Shown here in pieces: positions 11,026 through 21,964 of a DNA stretch of 64,000 nucleotides; position 1 is the stretch's first letter; the number at the start of each line of letters is the position of its first letter. Source of the DNA: a virus; the IMG/VR virus record IMGVR_UViG_3300008267_000004, positions 32,001 to 96,000 of that record. One strand, 5' to 3'. The translations under genes were made by a program, and so were the position numbers. The notes beneath the pieces were generated by a model. The model was not told where the DNA came from, did not search any database, and saw nothing but the letters and a program-made list of their open reading frames with translations.

Positions 11026-14000
11026 TTAAGAATATTGTAGATCTATCATTTGTTCTTCTGTCAATTCGATCTTTGGTTTTAGTGCTTTTTTTGCCATTCT
11101 AGCAATATTACAAGAATCTGCTTTGTAGTTAGATTTTACATTTAAAAAGTTAATTGCATTAGTTGTATTTACTGTTTCATTATTTGATGTATCATCAATA
11201 AAATCGTCATACCAACATCCTAATAAATAATACGCTAAACCAAAAGGAGTTGGAGGAATAAAACAGAATGTTAATGCAAGACCCGCAGCTGGTGTTGCGT
11301 AAAATAAACCGTGAGACATGTTAAAACCTATTCTTCTCATGACATCTTCCGCATAAGGTAATCCTTTTAATGCACCTTCTTCATAAATTCTTGGAGGAGG
11401 AGGCTTTAAATCATCAGGACCATATGTTTTTTCTGGTAACATGGGGATCTGATTCATTATAGCAAGAGTGATAGGTCTTGCTATATTATACGGTAGTGAT
11501 GCTAAAAATACGTTAGGATCACCTACTTCACACAAACCTTTTAACATCTGCCATGGTGTTTGTACAGCAAGCCTTAAAATAAGAGGTAGAAGAGATTGCC
11601 ATCCGGCTTCTTGATCTCCAGAATTAGCTGTAGAATTTCCTCCATTTGCTGGAGCGCCACCAAGATCATTATTATTTTTATAGCCATTTCCAGCCATTAA
11701 AGAGTTGTGTCTAGCCTTTAGAGCTGCTTTTGTACTAAAAAATGTTTTCATGCTTTGTAATCTTGCATTGTTAGCCATTATGGCTTGCATTGTAACTACG
11801 CTTATATATTTTCTAATTGGAAAACAGAACTCAAACAAGAATTTAAATGTTATAGATTTTTTAAATTTGCTCTTAGTTACCAATATCTTCTTTGATTTAA
11901 AATATAACTCTAAAGTTTCTCCTTTTGTATCAATCACTCTCCCGCCTGCAACAGGTACTTTGGTTTGAGAGCTGTTTTTTACAACTGTAAATATTTTTTC
12001 AGATGGATCTCTATTTTCAAAAAACTTCAATATATGACCTTGGATATTGTCATAGTTTTCAAATTGTTGTAATTCATATTGTGACTCATATTTTTTTGTT
12101 TCATCTCCATATACAAAAAGTCTTTGCCAAGGAGCTGCATTCTTTTCATTTATTACATTGTTGATTTTTTTTGTTACTCTAGTAGAAATATAAAGTATTT
12201 GCGATTTTATAACTTTTTTAAAAATTTCTTTTTTGGTTCTCGCTGATAGTGTATCGTATCTCTCTCCTGTTTTAATTTCTATTTTTTTAGATTCAGTGGG
12301 ATTTTTCTTATAGAAGTAAGAAACACATTGATCTAAAAATCTTTGATAGTAAATAGGTTCAAAAGATTTCATTTCTATCTCAAAACATCTAGATAAAAAT
12401 TCCAACATTGGATCAGTAGCTACAATACCAATAGGATATTTATCAAATAAGAAAATTCCTTTTAAGAAATAATCATATATATAGACTCTTAAGGTTGCTA
12501 GTAAAAATGCATCAGACATAGCTCTTTCTGTAGGATGCATATTTTCTCTTTTACCTCCAGTTGGATTAGGAGGCTCATTGTTACATGCTTCCTCTCTAAA
12601 ATCGTTAATCACATCTTCGATTATTTCGTCTAAATCCAGGGAATTATTATTAATTCCACAAAATTGATCACTATTTGTTCCTGGTGGCTCTCTTAAAGTT
12701 GCTTGAAACTTTTTAAGATTTGACATATTTTTATAAGGTGTATTTCCAATATTATCAGGCTTCTTATAAAAGAAACTTTGTTTTAAATCATTATATATAT
12801 CAGACATAAATTCACTCTCTATGTCAGAATAATTTATTTCTTTTGGATCTATTTTTCTAATTTGCGTCATATATTTTTCAAAAGCATATTGTTGTATACT
12901 AGAGCTTCCATTATAACCAGCTAGAAGATTATTATTTTTTATATACATCGCAATGTCTGGGCTTATTTCTTCCAAATAAGATGAAGAAATAAATGGATTT
13001 AAATTTTTTGTAATGTTAATGTTGCTTACTTGGGATAAAAATTCACTAGTTCTTGCTCTCTCGGGTGAGATCACAGATCCAAAAGTATATTTTATATCAT
13101 AATTTGGAAAAGCAATATCTGCTGATGCTAATTGCTTTCTAGCGTCTTCTAATTGTGCATCTAAAGTACTAACCTCTGATTGCAAACCACTTATTGCATC
13201 TAAAATTGTTGTCCAAATACCAGAAATAGCTTTAAATGCAAATGATTCTTCAAATAATTTAATATCCCTACTTATACCCTCCGCCAAACTATCTATCCCA
13301 GCAAATAATTCGGTTGTTCCCAGTTTATTTTCAGGAATCAAAAATTCATCTTGTCTTTGAGCATTATCTAAATTTGCTGTAGCTGTTTTTTCTGCCTGTT
13401 TGGCTGCATCTAATCCCTGTTGAGTAGTTTCTGTAATTCCAAATCTCTCGGCAGCACTTTTCGCATTTGGATCACTAGGGTTATTTAAATAATTTTCATA
13501 TGCCGCTCTTTTGTCTATTGCCGCTTTTTTTTCATTTTCAAGAACCACAACTTCTGCTGAGGTTTTTCCTTTTGATTGAATTGTAGATGCGTAAGAGGAA
13601 TCATATGTAGCAACAATTGTATCACCAGAAGTAACAGTATACACAGAATCAGCTCTTTTTGCTACAGCAACACGAGTTCCAGCTGGAGCCGCTCTTGCGG
13701 CTTCTGTTCTAATACTTCTATTTACGGTAGATATCTGTGATACATCTCCTATGCCTACTCTTTGCGCTCCTTGTGTTCTCACAGCACCGGTAATATCAGC
13801 AATAAACACATCTAATAATTCATATATTGCCCATAATCCAGCTAGAAGCGTACTCCACCATCCATCCCAGCCGCCCTTATAACGTTTTTCTAGATCCTGT
13901 AAACCAATCCAAAATCCTGCATCTTCTTCAATAGTGCCAGCGGCCCATTGTTCTAGTAGTGTTATACCTCCGTTTACAAGTTCGGTTGTTATTTGATAAT

Positions 14001-17000
14001 AAATTGTACCCATCTTTTCGGCGGCTATTCTTTTAATTTCATCTTGTATGCCTGTATTTAACTGTGCTTCTGCTAATATTTTAAATTTTTCTCTCTCTAT
14101 GTCTGAATTAACTCTTGTGTTTATAATTATTTCAGATAAATTTTTAGTAATCTCTAGAAAATCCACTCTTTCTAGCGTTTGTGTTAATATTGGAGAAATT
14201 ACCATATTTGAGGTATCTACATTATTTTTATTTTCATTACTTTCAGATTGTTGAGATTGATCATTGGATTTTGGTTTTGGAAATGCATCATCTGACAATT
14301 TCCATTGTTTTACTCCGTTTATTTCTTTTTGTTTCGCCCCAGTTTTCTTTTCATAATCTTCATACTTAATACCACCATTTTCGTCTAATACATAATCTGC
14401 TACTAATATGCCTTTTGCAATTAACATTGCTAAAAGTTTTTCTCTATTTTCTTCTGCAGCTTTAGTATTTGAAGCGTTAGAGCCGCCCAAAGGAGATGTT
14501 GAAGCAGCTGAAAGAGTTTTTATCTCTTCTGGAGTCAGACTTATTTTAGGATTTTCAATCATATTAGCTGACCACTCTTTTAAGTCGCTATTAAACATTT
14601 CATAATATGGCTGTAAAGATCCTTGTAGTGTACCTTGGAACATATCAAGATAGTTAGTATCAACTTTTGCAGGATTTATAATTCCTGGCTTTCCATTTCT
14701 ACACAACATAGGTAATTGTTCCGGGGTTCTTGTCACACCGTCCAATAAATCGGAAAGTCTTTTATTTTTTTCATCCTCTGCATCAGCAATTAAACCCTCA
14801 ATTTGTTCTGGTGTTAGGCCGTTTTGTGCTAGAGCATCTTTTAATGCTTTTGTAGCAGATTCCGTAGAACAAATATTGGTATTTTCTTGAGCTATTTGAT
14901 CTCCTAATTTTTTGCACACGTCTGAAATATTTAAAATCTGTCCTAATTTTTGAAATAAGTATTCCACTTCAGATCTGGTTTTTAGTACTGATGATATATT
15001 TGGATACTTAGCTTCTATTATAGCTCTGACCAAAGATAAAATATCATCTGTTGCTGTACCTTCTGCAATCAATCTACAAATCTCTGTAGGATTCATAAGA
15101 CATGCAATATCTGCAATTAAATTTTTTAAGTCTTCTTTTGCTCTCTCTCTTTCTTGTATGTCTTCATCAGAATTTCCTGTAGGAAGCCCCATTGCTCCAT
15201 ATATGTCCGCAATAGAACTATTAGAAAAAGGATTATCTTGATTATCTAAAATTGCATCTAGTGCTGCAGAAAGACCTAGTTCTTGATCTGAAGTAAAAGG
15301 AGAATTTTTGCCTTGTCCTTGTTTTGAACAATTAGCCATAAGTTTTATAAGCTCTTTTATAGCAATATTGAAAGTTTCAATTATAGCTTGTGATAATGCA
15401 GTAACATACGCATCTCTTAAGGCTTTTGACATATCAGAAGGATTAAATTTTGGAACTTTGTAAGCAGCTAAAGCTTTAATTAACATATCCATGAAAGGAG
15501 TGCAGAAAAATTTAGTTAAAGCTTCTTGTATCCTTTTTTTTAAATCACTATTAAATTGTGAATCTAAATTAGCCAATGCTTGTTGATTATTTGCATCCCT
15601 TATCCAACAAATAATTTGTTGTAATAAAGCTCTCTGAAAGTTTGTCTCTCTTAGAGTTTTTTTGAGAAGATGCAAAGCAGCAGGACCAGGTTTACTCCAA
15701 TCTCCATAACCAGCATTTTTAATTGCACTAAGGGTATCATCACCAAAGGTAGGAGGTTCAGGATCTGTTGTTGGTAAAGTAGCTGCTGGAGTTGATGCTG
15801 CCTGTTTGTCTGCTTCTGCATCAAAATCTATCCATCTTCTTTTGCCGCCTCTAGCATAAGCTAGTTGTTTTTTAAAGTTAGCTTCTGCAACAGGTGCTAC
15901 GGCTTTTATTGAATTATAACCTTTTATAATTCCATCTTCCCAAAGTTTTTTCATGTTATTTTTTGCACAATCAAAATCTCTTTTAGGGATATCTATTTCT
16001 TTTGGCTGTGGAATAACAAATTTTTCTATATACTTATCGATATCTAAATTATTTCTAAGCTCTTTATTCCATTCTCCTTCATATGTTGCTAAATCGGTAA
16101 TAATTTTATATGTACAGTAGTTATATAAAAAGAAGCCGCTTCTATTTGATATAACCCCATAACTTCCAAATTCATTTTCAAATATATACCCATCAATTAC
16201 AAAAGTTTGTGCTATACCATCTCTAACGATATCTATATATGCTATATTAAATTGATCTGTCAATCCAAAAGCTATATTATTTTTTGTAGCATCTGTATAT
16301 AAAACATCATGTTCTATGGTATTTATTTCTAATAATTTTTTAATAGTTATTAAAAAGTTTCCTACATTATCTTTATCATAGAATTTTTTAGCTTCTTTTC
16401 TTAAATCTAATTCTATCAACTCTAAATAATTGTCAGCCGTTAAAGCACCCATGTACTGATCAGCTGCTTTTAAGGCAAAATTAAATTGCTCCTCTCCTCT
16501 ACTAGCTAAAATTTTAGATATATCTTTTATAGTTTCAGCAAAGCTATTATAGTTTAAAAAACTATAAGTTACTATGTATTTAATATCTTCTGGATTTACT
16601 GAGGGATCTAATAGGCCACCAGTAACTCCATCTTTAGCAGCTTGTAGTGGATCTGCTCTATAATCAATTAAATCAGTAGAAGATAGATATTTTTTAGGAA
16701 ACACTACAAGTGTATAAAAATTTGAACAAGGTCTAAGTTTTATAGCCCAATCTCTAGCATATCCGAATAGATAAAATCTATCAGACATTTGTTTTATATA
16801 ATCTTCAGAGTTTTTCTTAGCGTTAGATTTAAAAATTAATCTTAAGCCGGTGAAATAAGCATCTTCAACATATTTTTGTATTTTTTCATCAGTAAGTTCA
16901 AGGCCATCATATTCCGCTTCTACTGAACAGTAATACAATTCACTCCTTTCATCATAATAAACAATAAATGGTTTTTTATCAGACCATCCAATTATATCTG

Positions 17001-17706
17001 TTTCCTGTAAATAACCAATCCTAGGTATTTCTACTGGCTTTAAAAAGCTATATTCTAATCCTTCAATTGGAGTAAGCTGGTTTCTTCTTACAAAAAATTC
17101 AATAGGGCCAGAATCTAACATTAAAGACACTTTACTAAACAATCCAAGAATGCCGATAAAATCTTCTACTATGGTAACTGAATATTCAACCTCGGTTTGC
17201 TCTGCTTCTCTAGGTGGTCCCAAAGTTTCATTAAAGAAAGTTTGAGATATTAAATCTGTTGTTGTGGGTATTGCACCATATAAACCTTCAGATTCTCTTC
17301 TATCAATTACTGTATTTGCAACAGTTTTTGGAAATGAAAATTCTTGTGTTTCTGTAGATGATAAATTATTATCAATCCCCAAATCAGCAGCATAAGGCTC
17401 TTGTGGTTGAGCGTCTGGGAATGTAAGACCTTTTAATTCTTCGTCTGTAAGTTCGTCAAAAATTATCTCTTCTTCTTCCATATTTGATACTGGTGTTTCA
17501 GTATTAAAATCTGGCAACACTGAAAATTTAGTGTCTGAATTAGAAAATCTTTCAACAACTGGCTGTGTTAAATCTTGGTTAACTATACTATCAAAATCAT
17601 AGTATACAATCGATCCAACTGATAAAATATGAGTTGGCTTTTCTTCTCTATATGGTAATCTATTATTTTTATTTAATCTAGCGTATCTATCTGGGCTGTT
17701 AGACAT
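11026..17706 (-). CDS. Very large hypothetical protein, probably virion-associated
   Basis: 2226-aa intact ORF inside the baseplate module; no recognisable catalytic motif. Confidence 0.6.
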   Translation of the reverse strand: MSNSPDRYARLNKNNRLPYREEKPTHILSVGSIVYYDFDSIVNQDLTQPVVERFSNSDTKFSVLPDFNTETPVSNMEEEEIIFDELTDEELKGLTFPDAQPQEPYAADLGIDNNLSSTETQEFSFPKTVANTVIDRRESEGLYGAIPTTTDLISQTFFNETLGPPREAEQTEVEYSVTIVEDFIGILGLFSKVSLMLDSGPIEFFVRRNQLTPIEGLEYSFLKPVEIPRIGYLQETDIIGWSDKKPFIVYYDERSELYYCSVEAEYDGLELTDEKIQKYVEDAYFTGLRLIFKSNAKKNSEDYIKQMSDRFYLFGYARDWAIKLRPCSNFYTLVVFPKKYLSSTDLIDYRADPLQAAKDGVTGGLLDPSVNPEDIKYIVTYSFLNYNSFAETIKDISKILASRGEEQFNFALKAADQYMGALTADNYLELIELDLRKEAKKFYDKDNVGNFLITIKKLLEINTIEHDVLYTDATKNNIAFGLTDQFNIAYIDIVRDGIAQTFVIDGYIFENEFGSYGVISNRSGFFLYNYCTYKIITDLATYEGEWNKELRNNLDIDKYIEKFVIPQPKEIDIPKRDFDCAKNNMKKLWEDGIIKGYNSIKAVAPVAEANFKKQLAYARGGKRRWIDFDAEADKQAASTPAATLPTTDPEPPTFGDDTLSAIKNAGYGDWSKPGPAALHLLKKTLRETNFQRALLQQIICWIRDANNQQALANLDSQFNSDLKKRIQEALTKFFCTPFMDMLIKALAAYKVPKFNPSDMSKALRDAYVTALSQAIIETFNIAIKELIKLMANCSKQGQGKNSPFTSDQELGLSAALDAILDNQDNPFSNSSIADIYGAMGLPTGNSDEDIQERERAKEDLKNLIADIACLMNPTEICRLIAEGTATDDILSLVRAIIEAKYPNISSVLKTRSEVEYLFQKLGQILNISDVCKKLGDQIAQENTNICSTESATKALKDALAQNGLTPEQIEGLIADAEDEKNKRLSDLLDGVTRTPEQLPMLCRNGKPGIINPAKVDTNYLDMFQGTLQGSLQPYYEMFNSDLKEWSANMIENPKISLTPEEIKTLSAASTSPLGGSNASNTKAAEENREKLLAMLIAKGILVADYVLDENGGIKYEDYEKKTGAKQKEINGVKQWKLSDDAFPKPKSNDQSQQSESNENKNNVDTSNMVISPILTQTLERVDFLEITKNLSEIIINTRVNSDIEREKFKILAEAQLNTGIQDEIKRIAAEKMGTIYYQITTELVNGGITLLEQWAAGTIEEDAGFWIGLQDLEKRYKGGWDGWWSTLLAGLWAIYELLDVFIADITGAVRTQGAQRVGIGDVSQISTVNRSIRTEAARAAPAGTRVAVAKRADSVYTVTSGDTIVATYDSSYASTIQSKGKTSAEVVVLENEKKAAIDKRAAYENYLNNPSDPNAKSAAERFGITETTQQGLDAAKQAEKTATANLDNAQRQDEFLIPENKLGTTELFAGIDSLAEGISRDIKLFEESFAFKAISGIWTTILDAISGLQSEVSTLDAQLEDARKQLASADIAFPNYDIKYTFGSVISPERARTSEFLSQVSNINITKNLNPFISSSYLEEISPDIAMYIKNNNLLAGYNGSSSIQQYAFEKYMTQIRKIDPKEINYSDIESEFMSDIYNDLKQSFFYKKPDNIGNTPYKNMSNLKKFQATLREPPGTNSDQFCGINNNSLDLDEIIEDVINDFREEACNNEPPNPTGGKRENMHPTERAMSDAFLLATLRVYIYDYFLKGIFLFDKYPIGIVATDPMLEFLSRCFEIEMKSFEPIYYQRFLDQCVSYFYKKNPTESKKIEIKTGERYDTLSARTKKEIFKKVIKSQILYISTRVTKKINNVINEKNAAPWQRLFVYGDETKKYESQYELQQFENYDNIQGHILKFFENRDPSEKIFTVVKNSSQTKVPVAGGRVIDTKGETLELYFKSKKILVTKSKFKKSITFKFLFEFCFPIRKYISVVTMQAIMANNARLQSMKTFFSTKAALKARHNSLMAGNGYKNNNDLGGAPANGGNSTANSGDQEAGWQSLLPLILRLAVQTPWQMLKGLCEVGDPNVFLASLPYNIARPITLAIMNQIPMLPEKTYGPDDLKPPPPRIYEEGALKGLPYAEDVMRRIGFNMSHGLFYATPAAGLALTFCFIPPTPFGLAYYLLGCWYDDFIDDTSNNETVNTTNAINFLNVKSNYKADSCNIARMAKKALKPKIELTEEQMIDLQYS

Positions 17707-17717
17707 ATTTATTCCCT

Positions 17718-18722
17718 TTAATTACAAAATACATAACTGCTTAGTATATTTGCTGAATTTTCCATTCCATCGTCTGGCACTAAGATGTATCTAGCTTTAG
17801 AGGCTTCAATAAATCCAGTTAATTCCATAGTCGATGCTTTAACATCTGTTAAAAGTCTTATTGCTTGATTATATCCATTAAATATCAATGACTGAGAAGG
17901 CAATCCTACATTTCCATAGAAAGAATCTCTATGTGTATGATTTAATACTAACATATTTAAAGCATTTTGGCTAATAACAAAAGACTCTAGAGTGGATATA
18001 ATATGATGCATTGCATCTGTAATTTCTACTAAAAATCCTTGTAAATTTTCTCCTTTTACCAAAGGCTGTAGAAGATCATCTCTATTATCTCCTATTAAAC
18101 ATATTCTGTGTCCAATAGGATAATCTACGCCAACTGCATTACCATGTGAGTCATAAAAATCAGTTCCAGAGACTATTTTTATATCTTTTCTGCCAATGAT
18201 TCTAACTGAATCAGCTTTTATTCCTATACCGGAACAATTTTCAGACGGTGCGGCTAAACTACTTCTTATTCTAAAATTATGATCTAAATTTGTTCTTTGG
18301 CTTATAACTATTCTTGCTGCATCCATAGTATAGTTATTTTCAGTAAATATTGGATTATTTGTAGAATCGGTAGATTTTGGATTTGGACCCATTCTTCCTA
18401 CGACTATATCTATCGCTGCAGATCTTTTTACCGCAGCACCTCCATATCCAGATAATCTATCTGATGGTCTGTCTCTACCAAAAACTATTGAACAATTTAA
18501 ATTGTGATAGGATAAAACATTTTCACAGTCTGCTTTATTAAAAATAGGTATAGCTTCAATTAATTCAGTATTTCCTATTCCAAGTTTTGAAGTTATATTT
18601 TCTGAATTTCTTTGTGACAAAATTACGCTAGCTGGTACATCACCTATTTTCATAGAATTAGGTGATGTTATTTCTCTGGCGTCTTCACTTTCTATTATTA
18701 CTTTTTTAAAGGATTCAAACAT
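17718..18722 (-). CDS. Putative baseplate spike/hub component
   Basis: 334-aa ORF; function inferred from position only. Confidence 0.4.
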   Translation of the reverse strand: MFESFKKVIIESEDAREITSPNSMKIGDVPASVILSQRNSENITSKLGIGNTELIEAIPIFNKADCENVLSYHNLNCSIVFGRDRPSDRLSGYGGAAVKRSAAIDIVVGRMGPNPKSTDSTNNPIFTENNYTMDAARIVISQRTNLDHNFRIRSSLAAPSENCSGIGIKADSVRIIGRKDIKIVSGTDFYDSHGNAVGVDYPIGHRICLIGDNRDDLLQPLVKGENLQGFLVEITDAMHHIISTLESFVISQNALNMLVLNHTHRDSFYGNVGLPSQSLIFNGYNQAIRLLTDVKASTMELTGFIEASKARYILVPDDGMENSANILSSYVFCN

Positions 18723-18731
18723 ATTTTTTCT

Positions 18732-20426
18732 CTATACAGTACGTGATTTAGATGCTGTTATTGCTTTACCACCACCAGCGATAGCTGGTGTTCCAGACAT
18801 CGGATTTGCCGAGCCTTTTCTTCTTCCACTTCTTTGATGAAGATTGTTTGCTAATAACCAAACTCTTCTTTCTTTTGCTATATCTGGAGCTTTTATTACA
18901 GCTGGTGGATGGACAGAAACGGATGCAGGATATTTATATTGATTCGCATAATTTTTAGGAAAATTACCACTTTTCTCTAAAGCCCCAGATGTTGATAAAA
19001 GTTCTTTTCTAGCAAATTGAGGTTTTACTCGATAATATCCAGCAAAAGCTTTCCACCAATCTCCATATTGTGGTTTAAACCATACATCATGATTGTATTC
19101 TTTACTTTTTGCACACCAAGATTTAGCTCCTGGGGTATCTACTCCTATTCCAGAATCTGCCATATCTGCATCACAAGGCGCTCCAGGTCCATTTGCTCCC
19201 CAAACTATAGAATGATTACCATGTGAAGGATCAGGATATGATACAACCATCATAATGTGAGCACCACCAGCGTATATAACTACATCTCCAGGAACTTGTT
19301 GTCCAATTGGTACTCTGTTACAAAATAGTTGAAAAAACCCTTTTGCGTTATTTTGACCAATTCCATATGCAACAGTACTGTAACCAGGTGGCCCTGGTGC
19401 TTTTGGATCTAAAGCTCCTATTTTTATTAGGCAATATCTGCAATATCCAATACAGTCAAGTCCTACATACATAGCTTCCCATGGTCCACTTGGATACCAA
19501 TTTGCATTAGGATACTTGGCACTATAATTTTTCCATCCTTCATGTGTTAAACATTCGTCTGGTGGGCTTCTATTGCCTTTGCCATTTAATGCACCAGAAA
19601 ATTTTCCTGGTTCATAAAAATTTGGATACCATCCATATCTATATAGACATCCTTTTGAATTTATCATGGTATCAATAATTTCACTATAATCAACTATCCA
19701 TCTTCCATTATATCCAGGTGGCATAGATGGATCACCTTTATTACCATCGGGAGCAACAGAGCCGCCAGTAAATGCAGCACCAACGATTCCAGAGCCAGCT
19801 GGGCCTCCAGCAGCTGAACCATATGCTCCATTTGGACCAGACATGTTTGGTTCAGATACTATTTTAGATATTAAAAAGCCATTCTCTCTAGTTCTAGCAT
19901 TTTGGAACATAATCCAAACGCCATCACCCGGCTGGATGTTCTCATTTTTACCTGGATTAAATTCTGCTACTTGCGTATAACTTGCCATTTTTTGTTCTGT
20001 TCTGGCAAATTTTTCTTTATCTTCTTTAGAGGCTTCTAGGCCATTTTGTAATTCTGGTAGCGTTTCCGGTGCTGGCAATCCAGCATGAACTTCTGGGATA
20101 TATACAATAAATTTTCGTATAACCAATGAAGTATCTGCAACTGGTGCTTGTTCGGAAGTAACAGATTCGCCTTCTGGCGGTGTGCCGGTTGAAGGTCTAG
20201 GTGGAATATTCATAAATGCCAAGGAGAAAGTTTCTTCACCTGGGTCTGCTGATTCTATTTGTTTTAGAACTGTTCCTGCGTAAAATACAGTTCCACCTAG
20301 AGCATCCGGCGTATATTTTTCTCTTAGGACTTCTTTTAGTGCGCTTTGCACGGTAGAAGTTTGAGCATTTAATTCGCTCCTAAATAAATCAGCAGAAACG
20401 AAATTTAAACCTCTAACTTGACTCAT
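18732..20426 (-). CDS. Tail-associated NlpC/P60-family peptidoglycan hydrolase with gp5-like N-terminal region
   Basis: GLDCIGY (catalytic Cys) and PGDVVIYAGGAHIMMV (His); N-terminal IQPGDGVWIMF resembles a gp5 OB-fold segment. Confidence 0.7.
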   Translation of the reverse strand: MSQVRGLNFVSADLFRSELNAQTSTVQSALKEVLREKYTPDALGGTVFYAGTVLKQIESADPGEETFSLAFMNIPPRPSTGTPPEGESVTSEQAPVADTSLVIRKFIVYIPEVHAGLPAPETLPELQNGLEASKEDKEKFARTEQKMASYTQVAEFNPGKNENIQPGDGVWIMFQNARTRENGFLISKIVSEPNMSGPNGAYGSAAGGPAGSGIVGAAFTGGSVAPDGNKGDPSMPPGYNGRWIVDYSEIIDTMINSKGCLYRYGWYPNFYEPGKFSGALNGKGNRSPPDECLTHEGWKNYSAKYPNANWYPSGPWEAMYVGLDCIGYCRYCLIKIGALDPKAPGPPGYSTVAYGIGQNNAKGFFQLFCNRVPIGQQVPGDVVIYAGGAHIMMVVSYPDPSHGNHSIVWGANGPGAPCDADMADSGIGVDTPGAKSWCAKSKEYNHDVWFKPQYGDWWKAFAGYYRVKPQFARKELLSTSGALEKSGNFPKNYANQYKYPASVSVHPPAVIKAPDIAKERRVWLLANNLHQRSGRRKGSANPMSGTPAIAGGGKAITASKSRTV

Positions 20427-20430
20427 TTTT

Positions 20431-20715
20431 TTAGTTCTCCTTTATCATGTCAAAGAGACCATCAATTTCTCTTTCGGAAAGCTTTTCTTTATTTCCTTCT
20501 TTCTTTTGAACGATTGCAGTTAATTTAACCATCTGTTCATTTGATCTTTGAAGAGTTTCTAAATATTGTGCTGCAATATGACCTAAGTTTTGGTGTGAAG
20601 ATGCATCATCTTTCATTTTATCTACTAAACGAGTTAAAAGATAGGAAGCAACTGCTCTATCTTGCTCTATATTTTGTACAGATTTTTCTATAAAATCTTG
20701 TAATGATTTACTCAT
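20431..20715 (-). CDS. Hypothetical helical protein
   Basis: 94-aa ORF in operon context. Confidence 0.6.
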   Translation of the reverse strand: MSKSLQDFIEKSVQNIEQDRAVASYLLTRLVDKMKDDASSHQNLGHIAAQYLETLQRSNEQMVKLTAIVQKKEGNKEKLSEREIDGLFDMIKEN

Positions 20716-21427
20716 CTTCTTCGCTCCATAGATGTGTTATCTTTCCTTCATCCCAATCATTTTTAAAGTGTGTATATCTACCTCTAAATTTTTTTAAGTT
20801 GTTTACAACTTGTTTTGTACTTAAACCAGTCATCTCTCTTATGTAAAGATAAATAGCTTTTTTATTAAAAATTTGTATACTTTCGGGACTTTCTAGTAAA
20901 ACTTTTATAGCCTTAAAGACTTTTAATTCATTTTGCTTCATTTTTTCAGGTTGCCATGAATCTATTTCTTTCCATAGAGCTGTCCAAAATTCTGTTTCTT
21001 CTCTTTTTTGATCGTATGTATTATAAGATATAAAATTTTCATCCTCGGCTAAATTTCCTATATCATCTATACACACTTCTTTACTGTTTTGTATTTTTTT
21101 TACCTTATGGATGAACCAATTTTTTGTAATAACCGAAAAATAAGAAAAGGCTTTAGACCCTTTGGATACATCGTATTTATCCAATATGGTCGTAAGCCAA
21201 ATTTTACATTCATCTTTTAAGTCTTGAATATTAGGAAGCGTATTAAATTTATACGTATATACAATTTTATCAACCATTTCATTAAACGCTGGTTGTATTA
21301 GAGTTATATATAATTCTGTTCTTCTTTTATGATCTATTATAGTTGCGTATTCTAAAATCGCATCTTCATGCGTCTTAGAAAAATAGATCTTATTTTCTTT
21401 GTTATCATTCTCTGTTCTTTTCTTCAA
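20708..21427 (-). CDS. Sigma-70-like phage RNA polymerase sigma factor
   Basis: Region 2-like QDLKDEC..LDKYDVSKGSKAFSYFSVITKNWF; C-terminal HTH-like IREMTGLSTKQV. Confidence 0.75.
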   Translation of the reverse strand: MKKRTENDNKENKIYFSKTHEDAILEYATIIDHKRRTELYITLIQPAFNEMVDKIVYTYKFNTLPNIQDLKDECKIWLTTILDKYDVSKGSKAFSYFSVITKNWFIHKVKKIQNSKEVCIDDIGNLAEDENFISYNTYDQKREETEFWTALWKEIDSWQPEKMKQNELKVFKAIKVLLESPESIQIFNKKAIYLYIREMTGLSTKQVVNNLKKFRGRYTHFKNDWDEGKITHLWSEEDE

Positions 21428-21707
21428 CTTTTTTTTCTTCCTGTTTTTGAATTATAGTTTCTTTATATACACGACATGCTTCAACGATTAATTTTGTATT
21501 CTCTATAGCAATTTTAATTGTTTCATCACCATAGAATTCTTCTAATTCATAAACAGACTGTAAAGAATTTGAATATTCATTTAATAGTTTCTGAAGTTCA
21601 TCTACATTAGATATACCATACCATAGATTTTTTACTAACTTTCTACAATACCAAATTAATACAATATTTATAAGTGCCGATAAAAAAAGGATTGTTAAAA
21701 GTATCAT
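21405..21707 (-). CDS. Membrane-anchored coiled-coil protein
   Basis: N-terminal hydrophobic helix followed by heptad-like sequence. Confidence 0.6.
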   Translation of the reverse strand: MILLTILFLSALINIVLIWYCRKLVKNLWYGISNVDELQKLLNEYSNSLQSVYELEEFYGDETIKIAIENTKLIVEACRVYKETIIQKQEEKKVEEKNRE

Positions 21708-21964
21708 TTATATTCTCTTCCTTTAAGTTCTTGTTTAGAATCCAATAATAACTTTCTGGAATCCTCTATAAATTTTTCGACTCTTTCACCAGCCATGTCT
21801 CTTTCGGATTTTTGTTTAGAATAGGAAGTTAATAGTTGTGGGATTCTTTCCAAAGTTTCTTTTCCGCACTTTTCACATAGTTTTAAACTTTCATTCATGC
21901 TGTGAAAAGAATCAAATTTATATTCACACTGTTTACATTCGTATGTATATAATGGCATGATCAT
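21704..21964 (-). CDS. FmdB-family zinc-ribbon protein
   Basis: MPLYTYECKQC..LCEKCG (two CxxC). Confidence 0.8.
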   Translation of the reverse strand: MIMPLYTYECKQCEYKFDSFHSMNESLKLCEKCGKETLERIPQLLTSYSKQKSERDMAGERVEKFIEDSRKLLLDSKQELKGREYK

